Assembly: GCA_016195915.1 (NCBI GenBank)
Contig: JACPYS010000038.1
Location: 136,929-200,928 of the forward strand
DNA: 64,000 nucleotides
Direction of reading: 5' to 3'
From: Betaproteobacteria bacterium
GTDB taxonomy: Bacteria; Pseudomonadota; Gammaproteobacteria; Burkholderiales; SG8-39
Part shown: positions 56,816 to 64,000 of the stretch, in pieces
Numbering within the stretch: position 1 is the stretch's first letter
Layout: every line of letters starts with the position of its first letter
Notes under the pieces: generated by a model
Databases searched by the model: none
The model's input: the letters and a program-made list of their open reading frames with translations, nothing else
Told to the model about the DNA's origin: nothing
Made by a program: the position numbers and the translations under genes

Positions 56816-58090
56816 ATGTCGCAGGTGATGAACACCTATGCCCGGTTGCCGGTTGCATTCGTGCGCGGCGAGGGGGTGTGGCTGTACGACGAGGCGGGTC
56901 GCAAGTATCTCGATGCGCTGGCGGGCATCGCGGTGAACACGCTCGGCCACAACCACCCGAAGCTGGTGAAAGCGCTGTGCGAGCAGATCGCGCGAGTGAT
57001 TCACACCTCGAATCTGTTCCAGATTCCGGCACAGGAGGCCGCGGCCGATCGCGTCGCCGAGATCACCGGGCTCGACGAGGTGTTCTTTTGCAACTCGGGC
57101 TGCGAGGCCAACGAGGCGGCGATCAAGATCGCGCGCCTGTACGGCCACAAGCGCGGTGTCGAGCGCCCCGAGATCATCGTGTTCGAAAAAGCGTTTCACG
57201 GGCGCACCCTCGCCACGCTCTCGGCGACCGGCAGCCGCAAGGTGCAGGCGGGTTTCGAGCCGCTGGTGCCGGGCTTCGTGCGCGTTCCCCTGGGCGATCT
57301 GGATGCCATCCGCAACATTGCCGCGCACAACCAGAATGTGGTCGCGGTGCTGATCGAGCCGATCCAGGGCGAAGGCGGCATCAACGTGTCGCGCATGGAT
57401 TACCTGCGCGGCCTGGCGGAAATCAGCGACCGGAAAGAATGGCTGTTCATTGCCGACGAAATCCAGTGCGGCCTCGGGCGCAGCGGAAAGTGGTTCGTCT
57501 ACCAGCATGCCGGGGTGATGCCGGATGTGGTGCCGCTGGCGAAGGGCCTCGCGGGCGGGGTACCCGTGGGGGCGTGTGCCGCCGGCCGGCGCGCCAAGGG
57601 CGTGTTCAAGCCGGGTAACCACGGTTCGACGTTCGGCGGCAATCCGCTGGCGATGACCGGCGTGGTGACCACGATCGATACGATGAAGGAGCTCGATCTG
57701 CTCGGCAACGCGGAGCGCGTCGGCCACGTAATTCGCGACGGCCTGGCCAGAGAGCTGGGCGGCGTCCCCGGAGTGAGGGAGATCCGCGGTCTGGGCCTCA
57801 TGATCGGCGTGGAACTCGACCGGACGTGTACTGACCTGGTGAAGCTGGGACTGGAGCGGGGGCTGGTGTTCAACGTCACCGCCGACACCGTGATCCGCAT
57901 GCTCCCGCCGCTCATCATGAGCGAAGCCGAAGGCAGGCAGGTGGTGGCAATCCTCGCGCCGCTGGTAAAGGAATTCCTTGCGGCCACGGCGCAGCCGTCC
58001 AACTTGGCGCAGCCGTCCGGTGCGGCACGGCCGTCCGGTGCGGCACGGCCGTCCGGTGCGACGCAACCGTCCAGTCTGGCGCAGGCCTGA
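56816..58090 (+). CDS. argD: acetylornithine aminotransferase with repeat-encoded C-terminal tail
   Basis: 424 aa. MNTYARLPVAFVRGEGVWLYDEAGRKYLD, the PLP-Lys context and GSTFGGNPLA. The last ~34 aa are hexapeptide repeats. Confidence 0.88.
   Translation: MSQVMNTYARLPVAFVRGEGVWLYDEAGRKYLDALAGIAVNTLGHNHPKLVKALCEQIARVIHTSNLFQIPAQEAAADRVAEITGLDEVFFCNSGCEANEAAIKIARLYGHKRGVERPEIIVFEKAFHGRTLATLSATGSRKVQAGFEPLVPGFVRVPLGDLDAIRNIAAHNQNVVAVLIEPIQGEGGINVSRMDYLRGLAEISDRKEWLFIADEIQCGLGRSGKWFVYQHAGVMPDVVPLAKGLAGGVPVGACAAGRRAKGVFKPGNHGSTFGGNPLAMTGVVTTIDTMKELDLLGNAERVGHVIRDGLARELGGVPGVREIRGLGLMIGVELDRTCTDLVKLGLERGLVFNVTADTVIRMLPPLIMSEAEGRQVVAILAPLVKEFLAATAQPSNLAQPSGAARPSGAARPSGATQPSSLAQA
57989..58090 (+). 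repeat. 18-bp tandem repeat (about 5.6 units) forming the argD 3' end
   Basis: GCGCAGCCGTCCAACTTG / GCGCAGCCGTCCGGTGCG / GCACGGCCGTCCGGTGCG (twice) / ACGCAACCGTCCAGTCTG / GCGCAGGCCTGA, encoding AQPSNL AQPSGA ARPSGA ARPSGA TQPSSL AQA. Confidence 0.9.
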
Positions 58091-58092
58091 AG

Positions 58093-59022
58093 GTGATGGG
58101 CGTGGCGGTTCGCCATTTCCTGCAGTTCAAGGATCTCTCGCTCGACGAGCTGACGCACGTTCTTACACGTACGCGCTGGATCAAGGACCGTTTCAGGCGT
58201 TACGAGCGGTACTGGCCGCTCACGGACCGCACGCTGGTGATGATCTTCGAGAAGCAGTCGACGCGCACCCGCCTTTCGTTCGAGGCGGGCATGCAGCAGC
58301 TCGGCGGCAACGCCGTATTCCTCAGCACGCGCGACTCGCAGCTCGGCCGCGGCGAACCGGTGGAGGACGCGGCGCAGGTGATCTCCAGGATGTCGGACAT
58401 CGTCATGATTCGCACCTTCGAGCAGGACGTCGTGGAGCGTTTCGCCGGCGTCTCCCGCGTGCCGGTGATCAACGGCCTCACCAACGAGTACCACCCTTGC
58501 CAGATCCTCGCCGACCTCTACACGTTCATCGAGCAGCGAGGTGACATCCGGGGCAGGACGGTGGCGTGGATCGGCGATTCGAACAACGTATGCAACACCT
58601 GGCTGCAGGCCGCGGAAGTTTTCGAATTCAACGTTCACGTCTCGACCCCGCCGGGCTACGAGGTCGAGCCCGAGCGCGCGGGGCTCTACGGCACCGACCA
58701 TTACGAGGAATTCCGCGACCCGATGGATGCTGCGCGGGGCGCGGACCTGGTCACCACGGACGTGTGGACCAGCATGGGTTTCGAGGCGGAGAACGAGGCG
58801 CGCAAGCGCGACTTCGAGGACTGGCAGGTGGACGCGGACATGATGCGCGTGGCGAACAAGGGAGCGCTTTTCATGCACTGCCTGCCCGCGCACCGCGGCG
58901 AGGAAGTGGCCGCGGACGTGATCGACGGGCCCCACAGCGTCGTATGGGACGAGGCGGAGAACCGCCTGCACGCGCAGAAGGCGCTGATGGAATTTCTGCT
59001 GTTGGGGAAGGTGGAGGCGTGA
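58093..59022 (+). CDS. argF: ornithine carbamoyltransferase
   Basis: [17 protein letters not shown] and [11 protein letters not shown] motifs. The start is ambiguous among GTG 58093, ATG 58096 and GTG 58102. Confidence 0.9.
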   Translation: MMGVAVRHFLQFKDLSLDELTHVLTRTRWIKDRFRRYERYWPLTDRTLVMIFEKQSTRTRLSFEAGMQQLGGNAVFLSTRDSQLGRGEPVEDAAQVISRMSDIVMIRTFEQDVVERFAGVSRVPVINGLTNEYHPCQILADLYTFIEQRGDIRGRTVAWIGDSNNVCNTWLQAAEVFEFNVHVSTPPGYEVEPERAGLYGTDHYEEFRDPMDAARGADLVTTDVWTSMGFEAENEARKRDFEDWQVDADMMRVANKGALFMHCLPAHRGEEVAADVIDGPHSVVWDEAENRLHAQKALMEFLLLGKVEA

Positions 59023-59026
59023 GGAA

Positions 59027-60316
59027 GTGACCGATCAAGGCAAGGGCACAGTGAAGAAGGTGGTGCTCGCGTATTCTGGCGGGCTCGACACTTCGGTGAT
59101 TCTCAAGTGGCTGCAGGACGTCTATCGCTGCGAGGTCGTGACCTTCACTGCCGACATCGGCCAGGGCGAGGAGGTCGCGCCGGCGCGCGCCAAGGCGCTC
59201 AAGATGGGGATCCGGAAAGGCAACATCTTCGTCGAGAATCTGCGCGAGGAATTCGTGCGCGATTTCGTGTTCCCGATGTTCCGCGCGAATGCCGTATACG
59301 AGGGGGAGTACCTGCTCGGGACGTCGATCGCAAGGCCGCTGATCGCCAAGCGCCTGGTCGAGATCGCGAGGATGACCGGCGCCGACGCCATATCGCACGG
59401 CGCCACGGGCAAGGGAAATGACCAGGTCAGGTTCGAGCTGGGCGCCTACGCGCTGATGCCCGAGGTGCAGGTCATTGCGCCCTGGCGCGAGTGGGACCTG
59501 CTGTCGCGCGAAAAACTGCTCGCCTACGCCGACCAGCACGGCATTCCGGTGGATTTCAAGAAGCGAAAAGGCGGCGGCGCGCCCTACTCGATGGACGCAA
59601 ACCTGCTGCACATCTCCTATGAGGGCGGCGTGCTCGAGGACCCGGAATTCGAGCCCGAAGAATCGATGTGGCGCATCACCGTTTCTCCGCAGCAGGCACC
59701 CGATCGCCCGGAATACGTGGACCTGAGCTACCGGCGCGGCGACATCGTCGCGGTCAACGGCAGAAAGATGTCGCCCGCGCAGGTGCTCGCCCGGCTGAAC
59801 ACGATCGGCGGCCGCAACGGCGTCGGCCGCCTCGACCTGGTGGAGAACCGCTATGTCGGCATGAAGTCGCGCGGCTGCTACGAGACCCCGGGCGGCACGA
59901 TCATGCTGCGCGCGCACCGCGCGATGGAATCGCTTACGCTCGACCGCGAAGTGCTTGCGCTGAAAGACGACCTGATGCCGCGTTACGCCCGCCAGGTTTA
60001 CAACGGCTACTGGTTCAGTCCCGAGCGGCAGCTGTTGCAGACGCTGATCGACGCGTCGCAGGTGTCGGTGAACGGCACCGTGCGCGTGAAGCTTTACAAG
60101 GGCACGGTCCTGGTCACCGGACGAAGCTCAAAATCCGATTCGCTGTTCGATCCGAAGATCTCCACCTTCGAGGATGACCAGGGCGCCTACAACCAGGCGG
60201 ACGCCGCCGGCTTCATCCGGCTGAACGCGTTGAGAATGCGCATCGCAGCTCGTCTGCGATCCAAGCCGGCGGCCAGGCTTCGATCCAAGTCGTCTGCGGG
60301 AAAACGCGGGCGTTAA
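59027..60316 (+). CDS. argG: argininosuccinate synthase
   Basis: GTG start after [36 protein letters not shown] and [19 protein letters not shown]. Short repeated basic tail. Confidence 0.92.
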   Translation: MTDQGKGTVKKVVLAYSGGLDTSVILKWLQDVYRCEVVTFTADIGQGEEVAPARAKALKMGIRKGNIFVENLREEFVRDFVFPMFRANAVYEGEYLLGTSIARPLIAKRLVEIARMTGADAISHGATGKGNDQVRFELGAYALMPEVQVIAPWREWDLLSREKLLAYADQHGIPVDFKKRKGGGAPYSMDANLLHISYEGGVLEDPEFEPEESMWRITVSPQQAPDRPEYVDLSYRRGDIVAVNGRKMSPAQVLARLNTIGGRNGVGRLDLVENRYVGMKSRGCYETPGGTIMLRAHRAMESLTLDREVLALKDDLMPRYARQVYNGYWFSPERQLLQTLIDASQVSVNGTVRVKLYKGTVLVTGRSSKSDSLFDPKISTFEDDQGAYNQADAAGFIRLNALRMRIAARLRSKPAARLRSKSSAGKRGR

Positions 60317-60321
60317 CCACC

Positions 60322-61005
60322 ATGCGCGCGGCAACCCACGCACGAACCTGGCTATGCGCCCTCGGCGTCGCTTGGGCGGCGGTCACCGGTGCCGCGCCTT
60401 TCGTGGTCCCGTTCGGCATCGACCGCCTCGTGCTCGACGTGCCTCCCGGGTTCTCCGATTCACTGTCGATGGGTTCACCGCGCCTGAGCGAACTTGCCGA
60501 AACGGTCGCCGGTCCGAGCAATCGTGTTCTGGCGTTCGGGCTGACCGACGGCGACCTGCGCCGCTTCATGGTGGGCGACTCCACGAGCCTGAAGCGATAC
60601 GTGGTGGCCGCCATGCCGCGAGAATTCGAAAGGCAGCGCAGCACTCAGGCCGAGTTCGGCGGTTTCGTCACCGAAGCACTGCGCGGCCTGGGCGAAGTTC
60701 CGCCCGCCGGCAGCGACCCTCGCGGGGTATTGCGCGCGGCGCGCGAGGGAAGACCGGTGTTGCTCGAATTCCTGCGGCGCGATCCCGCGGCGGTGAGCTA
60801 TGTCCAGGGCACGCGCCTGCCTGGCGTTCCGCGCGACAGCGATGCACCCCCCGTGTTCGTGCTCGTCTCCACCAGCCTGGTGCTGGTGCGCGGCAAGCCG
60901 ATGAATTTTTCGATCTATACCTCCTTTGACGATCCGTCCGACGTGGAGTGGTTGCAGCTCACCACCCGCCGCTGGCTGGAGCAGATCCAACGACTGAATC
61001 AATAA
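60322..61005 (+). CDS. hypothetical secreted protein
   Basis: 227 aa. Signal-like [26 protein letters not shown] recognise no family. The coding call rests on length, position and composition. Confidence 0.5.
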   Translation: MRAATHARTWLCALGVAWAAVTGAAPFVVPFGIDRLVLDVPPGFSDSLSMGSPRLSELAETVAGPSNRVLAFGLTDGDLRRFMVGDSTSLKRYVVAAMPREFERQRSTQAEFGGFVTEALRGLGEVPPAGSDPRGVLRAAREGRPVLLEFLRRDPAAVSYVQGTRLPGVPRDSDAPPVFVLVSTSLVLVRGKPMNFSIYTSFDDPSDVEWLQLTTRRWLEQIQRLNQ

Positions 61006-61010
61006 AGGCC

Positions 61011-61496
61011 ATGCCCTCATTCGATATCGTGTCCCAGGTGGACAAGCAGGAAGTGAAGAACGCGCTCGAGCAGGCCAACAAGGAAGTCGCCAACCGCTTC
61101 GATTTCAAGGGTTCGGATGCGCGCATCGAGCAGGCCGAATTCGTGCTCACGGTATTCGCCGACGACGAGTTCAAGCTCGGTCAGGTGACCGATGTGCTGC
61201 GCGGCCGCATGGCCAAGCGCAGCATCGACGTGCGCAGCCTCGAACTCGGAAGCGTGGAAAAGATCTCCGGCGACAAGGTGAAGCGACCGATCACCGTAAA
61301 GGTCGGGATCCCGACCGACAAGGCCAAGCAGATCCAGAAGATGCTGAAGGACTCGAAGCTCAAGGTGCAGGCCTCGATCCAGGGCGACGCAGTGCGCGTG
61401 CAGGGCGCAAAGAAGGACGACCTGCAGAGCGCGATCCAGCTGGTGCGCGGATCGGTCACCGATATTCCGGTGCAGTTCATCAATTTTCGCGACTGA
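61011..61496 (+). CDS. yajQ: YajQ family cyclic di-GMP/nucleotide-binding protein
   Basis: ATG at 61011. [35 protein letters not shown] is the canonical YajQ start. Confidence 0.9.
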   Translation: MPSFDIVSQVDKQEVKNALEQANKEVANRFDFKGSDARIEQAEFVLTVFADDEFKLGQVTDVLRGRMAKRSIDVRSLELGSVEKISGDKVKRPITVKVGIPTDKAKQIQKMLKDSKLKVQASIQGDAVRVQGAKKDDLQSAIQLVRGSVTDIPVQFINFRD

Positions 61497-61508
61497 CGCT
61501 CCGGCGTG

Positions 61509-62219
61509 CTAGCTGCGCGCCAGTCCTTCGAACCATCTCTCGTAGACCCGGTCGGCCACCTTGTGCAGACTGGCGACGCGCTCGTCGAGGTCTGCCTCGA
61601 TCATGTCCGCGGTCTGCACGCCGGGGCTCGCCGCGGCGGCGGCGATCTCGGCGGCACCGCTGCGACACCACGAATGGACCAGGTCCCGGGTCATCTCGAT
61701 GTGCATCTGCATGCCGAGGTGCCTGCCGAGCGCAAACGCCTGGTTGGCACAGTGACTGCTCGAGGCAATGCGCGTGGCACCCGGCGGGATGGTGAATGTC
61801 TCGCCGTGCCAGTGAAACGACAGAAACGACTGCAGCTCGCCGAACCAGGCGCGCGCCACTTCGTTTTCGGCTATGCCCACCTCGCCCCAGCCGATTTCCT
61901 TCACAGGATTTGCCGAAACGATCCCTCCAAAGGCCTTCGACATCAGTTGCCCGCCGAGACAGTGGCCGAGCGCGGGCACGTCATTGCGCACCCCTTCGCG
62001 GATCAACTCGAGCAGCGGCGGGATCCACGGCAGCGCGTCGTTGACGCTCATCGGGCCGCCCATGATCGCCATGCCGCAGAAGGCGCGCGCGTCCTTCGGC
62101 ACCGGCGCGCCCTCGTCGAGCGCGATCAGCTTCCACGGGATTGAGCGCCGCTCCAGGACCGTGGCAAAATACCCCGGTCCTTCAGTCGGAGCGCATCTGA
62201 ATATGGCCACGGGTTTCAT
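61509..62219 (-). CDS. class I glutamine amidotransferase-like protein
   Basis: 236 aa. VPALGHCLGGQLM (nucleophile Cys elbow) and SFHWHGETF. Confidence 0.75.
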   Translation of the reverse strand: MKPVAIFRCAPTEGPGYFATVLERRSIPWKLIALDEGAPVPKDARAFCGMAIMGGPMSVNDALPWIPPLLELIREGVRNDVPALGHCLGGQLMSKAFGGIVSANPVKEIGWGEVGIAENEVARAWFGELQSFLSFHWHGETFTIPPGATRIASSSHCANQAFALGRHLGMQMHIEMTRDLVHSWCRSGAAEIAAAAASPGVQTADMIEADLDERVASLHKVADRVYERWFEGLARS

Positions 62220-62862
62220 GGGTCGTCATTCTAGTGCGCTTCTCGCCGTGATCGCAGCGTTCCCGGCGTTTGCGACCGATGTCAGCGTGGTCGGCGTGAT
62301 CGGCGACAGGGCGGCGGTGCTGGTGATCGACGGCGCCGAGCCGCGCACGGTTCGCCTCGGGCAGAAACTCAATGGCGTGAGCCTGATCGCCGTCACGCGG
62401 CAGGGTGCGACGCTCGAGTTCGACGGCAAGCGGCGCACGCTTGCGCTCGGGCAGCACCTGCGCGACAACGCACCCGCGGCGCCTGCGGGCACCACCTCCG
62501 TGACGCTCGCCGCAGACACCCGCGGGCATTTCGTCGGCGAGGGCCAGGTCAACAACCTGCCGGTGCGATTCCTCGTCGACACGGGCGCCACCATGGTTTC
62601 GCTCCCGGAAGATGACGCGCGGAAGCTGGGAATCGACTATTCGCACGGGCAGCGCGGCGCGGTAAAGACCGCCAACGGCGTGGTGACGGTCTACCGCGTC
62701 AAGCTCGACACGGTGCGCGTCGGAAGCATCGAGCTCCATAACGTCGATGCACTGGTGCACGAAGGCAGCGGCCTCGACGTCGTCCTGCTCGGCATGAGCT
62801 TCCTCAACCGCGTCGAGATGCAACGCGCCGGCGACCGCCTCACTCTGAAGCGGAGGTTCTGA
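62218..62862 (+). CDS. retropepsin-like aspartic protease (TIGR02281-type), secreted
   Basis: Signal peptide MGRHSSALLAVIAAFPAFA, FLVDTGATMVSL (D-T-G active site), and C-terminal LLGMSFLNRV. An alternative ATG lies at 62203. Confidence 0.75.
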   Translation: MGRHSSALLAVIAAFPAFATDVSVVGVIGDRAAVLVIDGAEPRTVRLGQKLNGVSLIAVTRQGATLEFDGKRRTLALGQHLRDNAPAAPAGTTSVTLAADTRGHFVGEGQVNNLPVRFLVDTGATMVSLPEDDARKLGIDYSHGQRGAVKTANGVVTVYRVKLDTVRVGSIELHNVDALVHEGSGLDVVLLGMSFLNRVEMQRAGDRLTLKRRF

Positions 62863-62892
62863 AACCCGTCGCTCCGGCAGAGGCGACACGGG

Positions 62893-63636
62893 TCACTTTC
62901 CCGGCACCAGCGGGACGAAGCGGACCGGAAGCACCTTCCGGATATCGGTGCCGCCGTCCGGACGCTTGGCGACGACGAGTAGTTGCTGAATCTCCCAGGC
63001 GCTGCCAACCGGAATCACCAGCTTCCCGCCCGGCTTGAGTTGCGCCACCAGCGCCGGCGGAATGCTCGGCGCGGCCGCGGTGACGACGATGGAATCGAAG
63101 GGCGCGTGCTCGGGCCAGCCCTGGTAGCCGTCCCCGACGCGCGCTTCGACGTTCCGATAGCCCAGATGAGCAAGGCGCGCGGCAGCCTCCCTGCCGAGCG
63201 GCTCGAGCAGTTCGATCGTGTACACCTGCCGCACGAGTTCCGCCAGCACCGCCGCCTGGTAGCCCGAGCCGGTGCCGATCTCGAGCACGACATGCTCGGT
63301 GCGAGGTTCGGCCAATTCGGTCGAGAGGGCGACGATGTAGGGCTGGGAGATCGTCTGCCCGCGGCCGATCGGCAACGGGGAGTTGCGGTAGGCATCGCGC
63401 ACGAGCTCCGGAGGCACGAACCGGTGCCGTGGCACCTTCGCCATCGCTGCCATCACACGCTCGTTGAAACGCTCGCGCCCGGTCTCGACCCGCGTTTCGC
63501 GCGCCAAGGCTTCGATCTCGGCCACCATGCGCGCGCGCTGCGCGCCGAAGTCCCCGGCGCTGCCCTGGGCGTGTGCGTCGTTCACGGGAAAATAGGCGAG
63601 TGCTGCGAGCGACGCGAGCAGCAAGCGGCGCCGCAT
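62893..63636 (-). CDS. pcm: protein-L-isoaspartate O-methyltransferase with N-terminal signal peptide
   Basis: 247 aa. VPRHRFVP, TISQPYIVA and LEIGTGSGYQAAVLA motifs. N-terminal MRRRLLLASLAALAYFPVNDAHA. Confidence 0.85.
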   Translation of the reverse strand: MRRRLLLASLAALAYFPVNDAHAQGSAGDFGAQRARMVAEIEALARETRVETGRERFNERVMAAMAKVPRHRFVPPELVRDAYRNSPLPIGRGQTISQPYIVALSTELAEPRTEHVVLEIGTGSGYQAAVLAELVRQVYTIELLEPLGREAAARLAHLGYRNVEARVGDGYQGWPEHAPFDSIVVTAAAPSIPPALVAQLKPGGKLVIPVGSAWEIQQLLVVAKRPDGGTDIRKVLPVRFVPLVPGK

Positions 63637-63640
63637 CGCT

Positions 63641-64000
63641 TCAGGCGGGCTTCGCGCGCTTCGGGGCCTTCTTGTCTTTTCGGATCAGCGCGTAGGCGGA
63701 GTGATTGTGGATCGACTCGAAGTTCTCCGATTCGACGACATAGGCCTCGACGCGCTGGTCGAGATTGAGGATCGCGGCGACGTCGCGCACCATGTCCTCC
63801 ACGAACTTCGGGTTGTCGTAGGCCTGCTCGGTGACGAATTTCTCGTCCGGGCGCTTGAGCAGGCCGTAGAGTTCCGACGAGGCCTGCTTTTCCACCGCCT
63901 CGATGATCTCCTCGATCCACACGAAATCGTTGGTGCGCGCGGTCACCGTGACGTGCGAGCGCTGGTTATGTGCGCCGTAGTCCGAAATCTTCTTCGAACA
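63641..64000 (-). CDS. folE2: GTP cyclohydrolase FolE2, C-terminal part (gene continues beyond the right edge)
   Basis: The frame is open to the window edge: [73 protein letters not shown]... is FolE2-like. Confidence 0.8.
   Translation of the reverse strand, partial: CSKKISDYGAHNQRSHVTVTARTNDFVWIEEIIEAVEKQASSELYGLLKRPDEKFVTEQAYDNPKFVEDMVRDVAAILNLDQRVEAYVVESENFESIHNHSAYALIRKDKKAPKRAKPA

Overview
High-GC (about 65-75% in housekeeping stretches) proteobacterial chromosome segment. Gene order looks betaproteobacterial (birA-coaX-SPOR, ribF-ileS-lspA-ispH, murJ/rpsT, PEP-CTERM proteins), but this is an impression, not a search result. Left to right: ugpBAEC glycerol-3-phosphate importer, fadD, an HTH regulator coupled to glpD, then a peptide/D-amino-acid catabolism locus (two amidases, a serine hydrolase, MlrC-like M81 peptidase, D-aminoacylase, M20 deacylase, Dpp/Opp-type ABC importer). 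That locus is split by a visibly lower-GC islet of about 5.6 kb (12.1-17.8 kb). The islet carries a truncated DUF5131 gene, a DUF1156-type DNA methyltransferase with a four-CxxC insert, an overlapping frameshifted PD-(D/E)xK nuclease, a wHTH-nucleotidyltransferase with a tandem palindromic operator, and a zeta-toxin-like ATPase. Next come birA-coaX, a 17-bp tandem repeat, a SPOR protein, an orphan response regulator, tRNA-Thr(CGU) and two PEP-CTERM proteins. A type IV pilus minor-pilin operon follows (pilE-like, fimT, pilV, pilW, pilX, giant pilY1); its PilY1 is interrupted by an in-frame TAG and carries seven tandem modules of about 65 aa. After that: a Sel1-repeat protein, a TA-rich patch (TumE/TumA, ParE/RHH), ispH-HD-lspA-ileS-ribF, a TPP enzyme, SirB1-like, murJ, rpsT, DUF3579, vapBC, argD-argF-argG, yajQ, a GATase, a retropepsin-like protease, pcm and partial folE2. 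The best candidate for an undescribed system is the DUF1156-type methyltransferase/nuclease module and its islet. All calls come from reading the translations and the DNA; no database searches were run.
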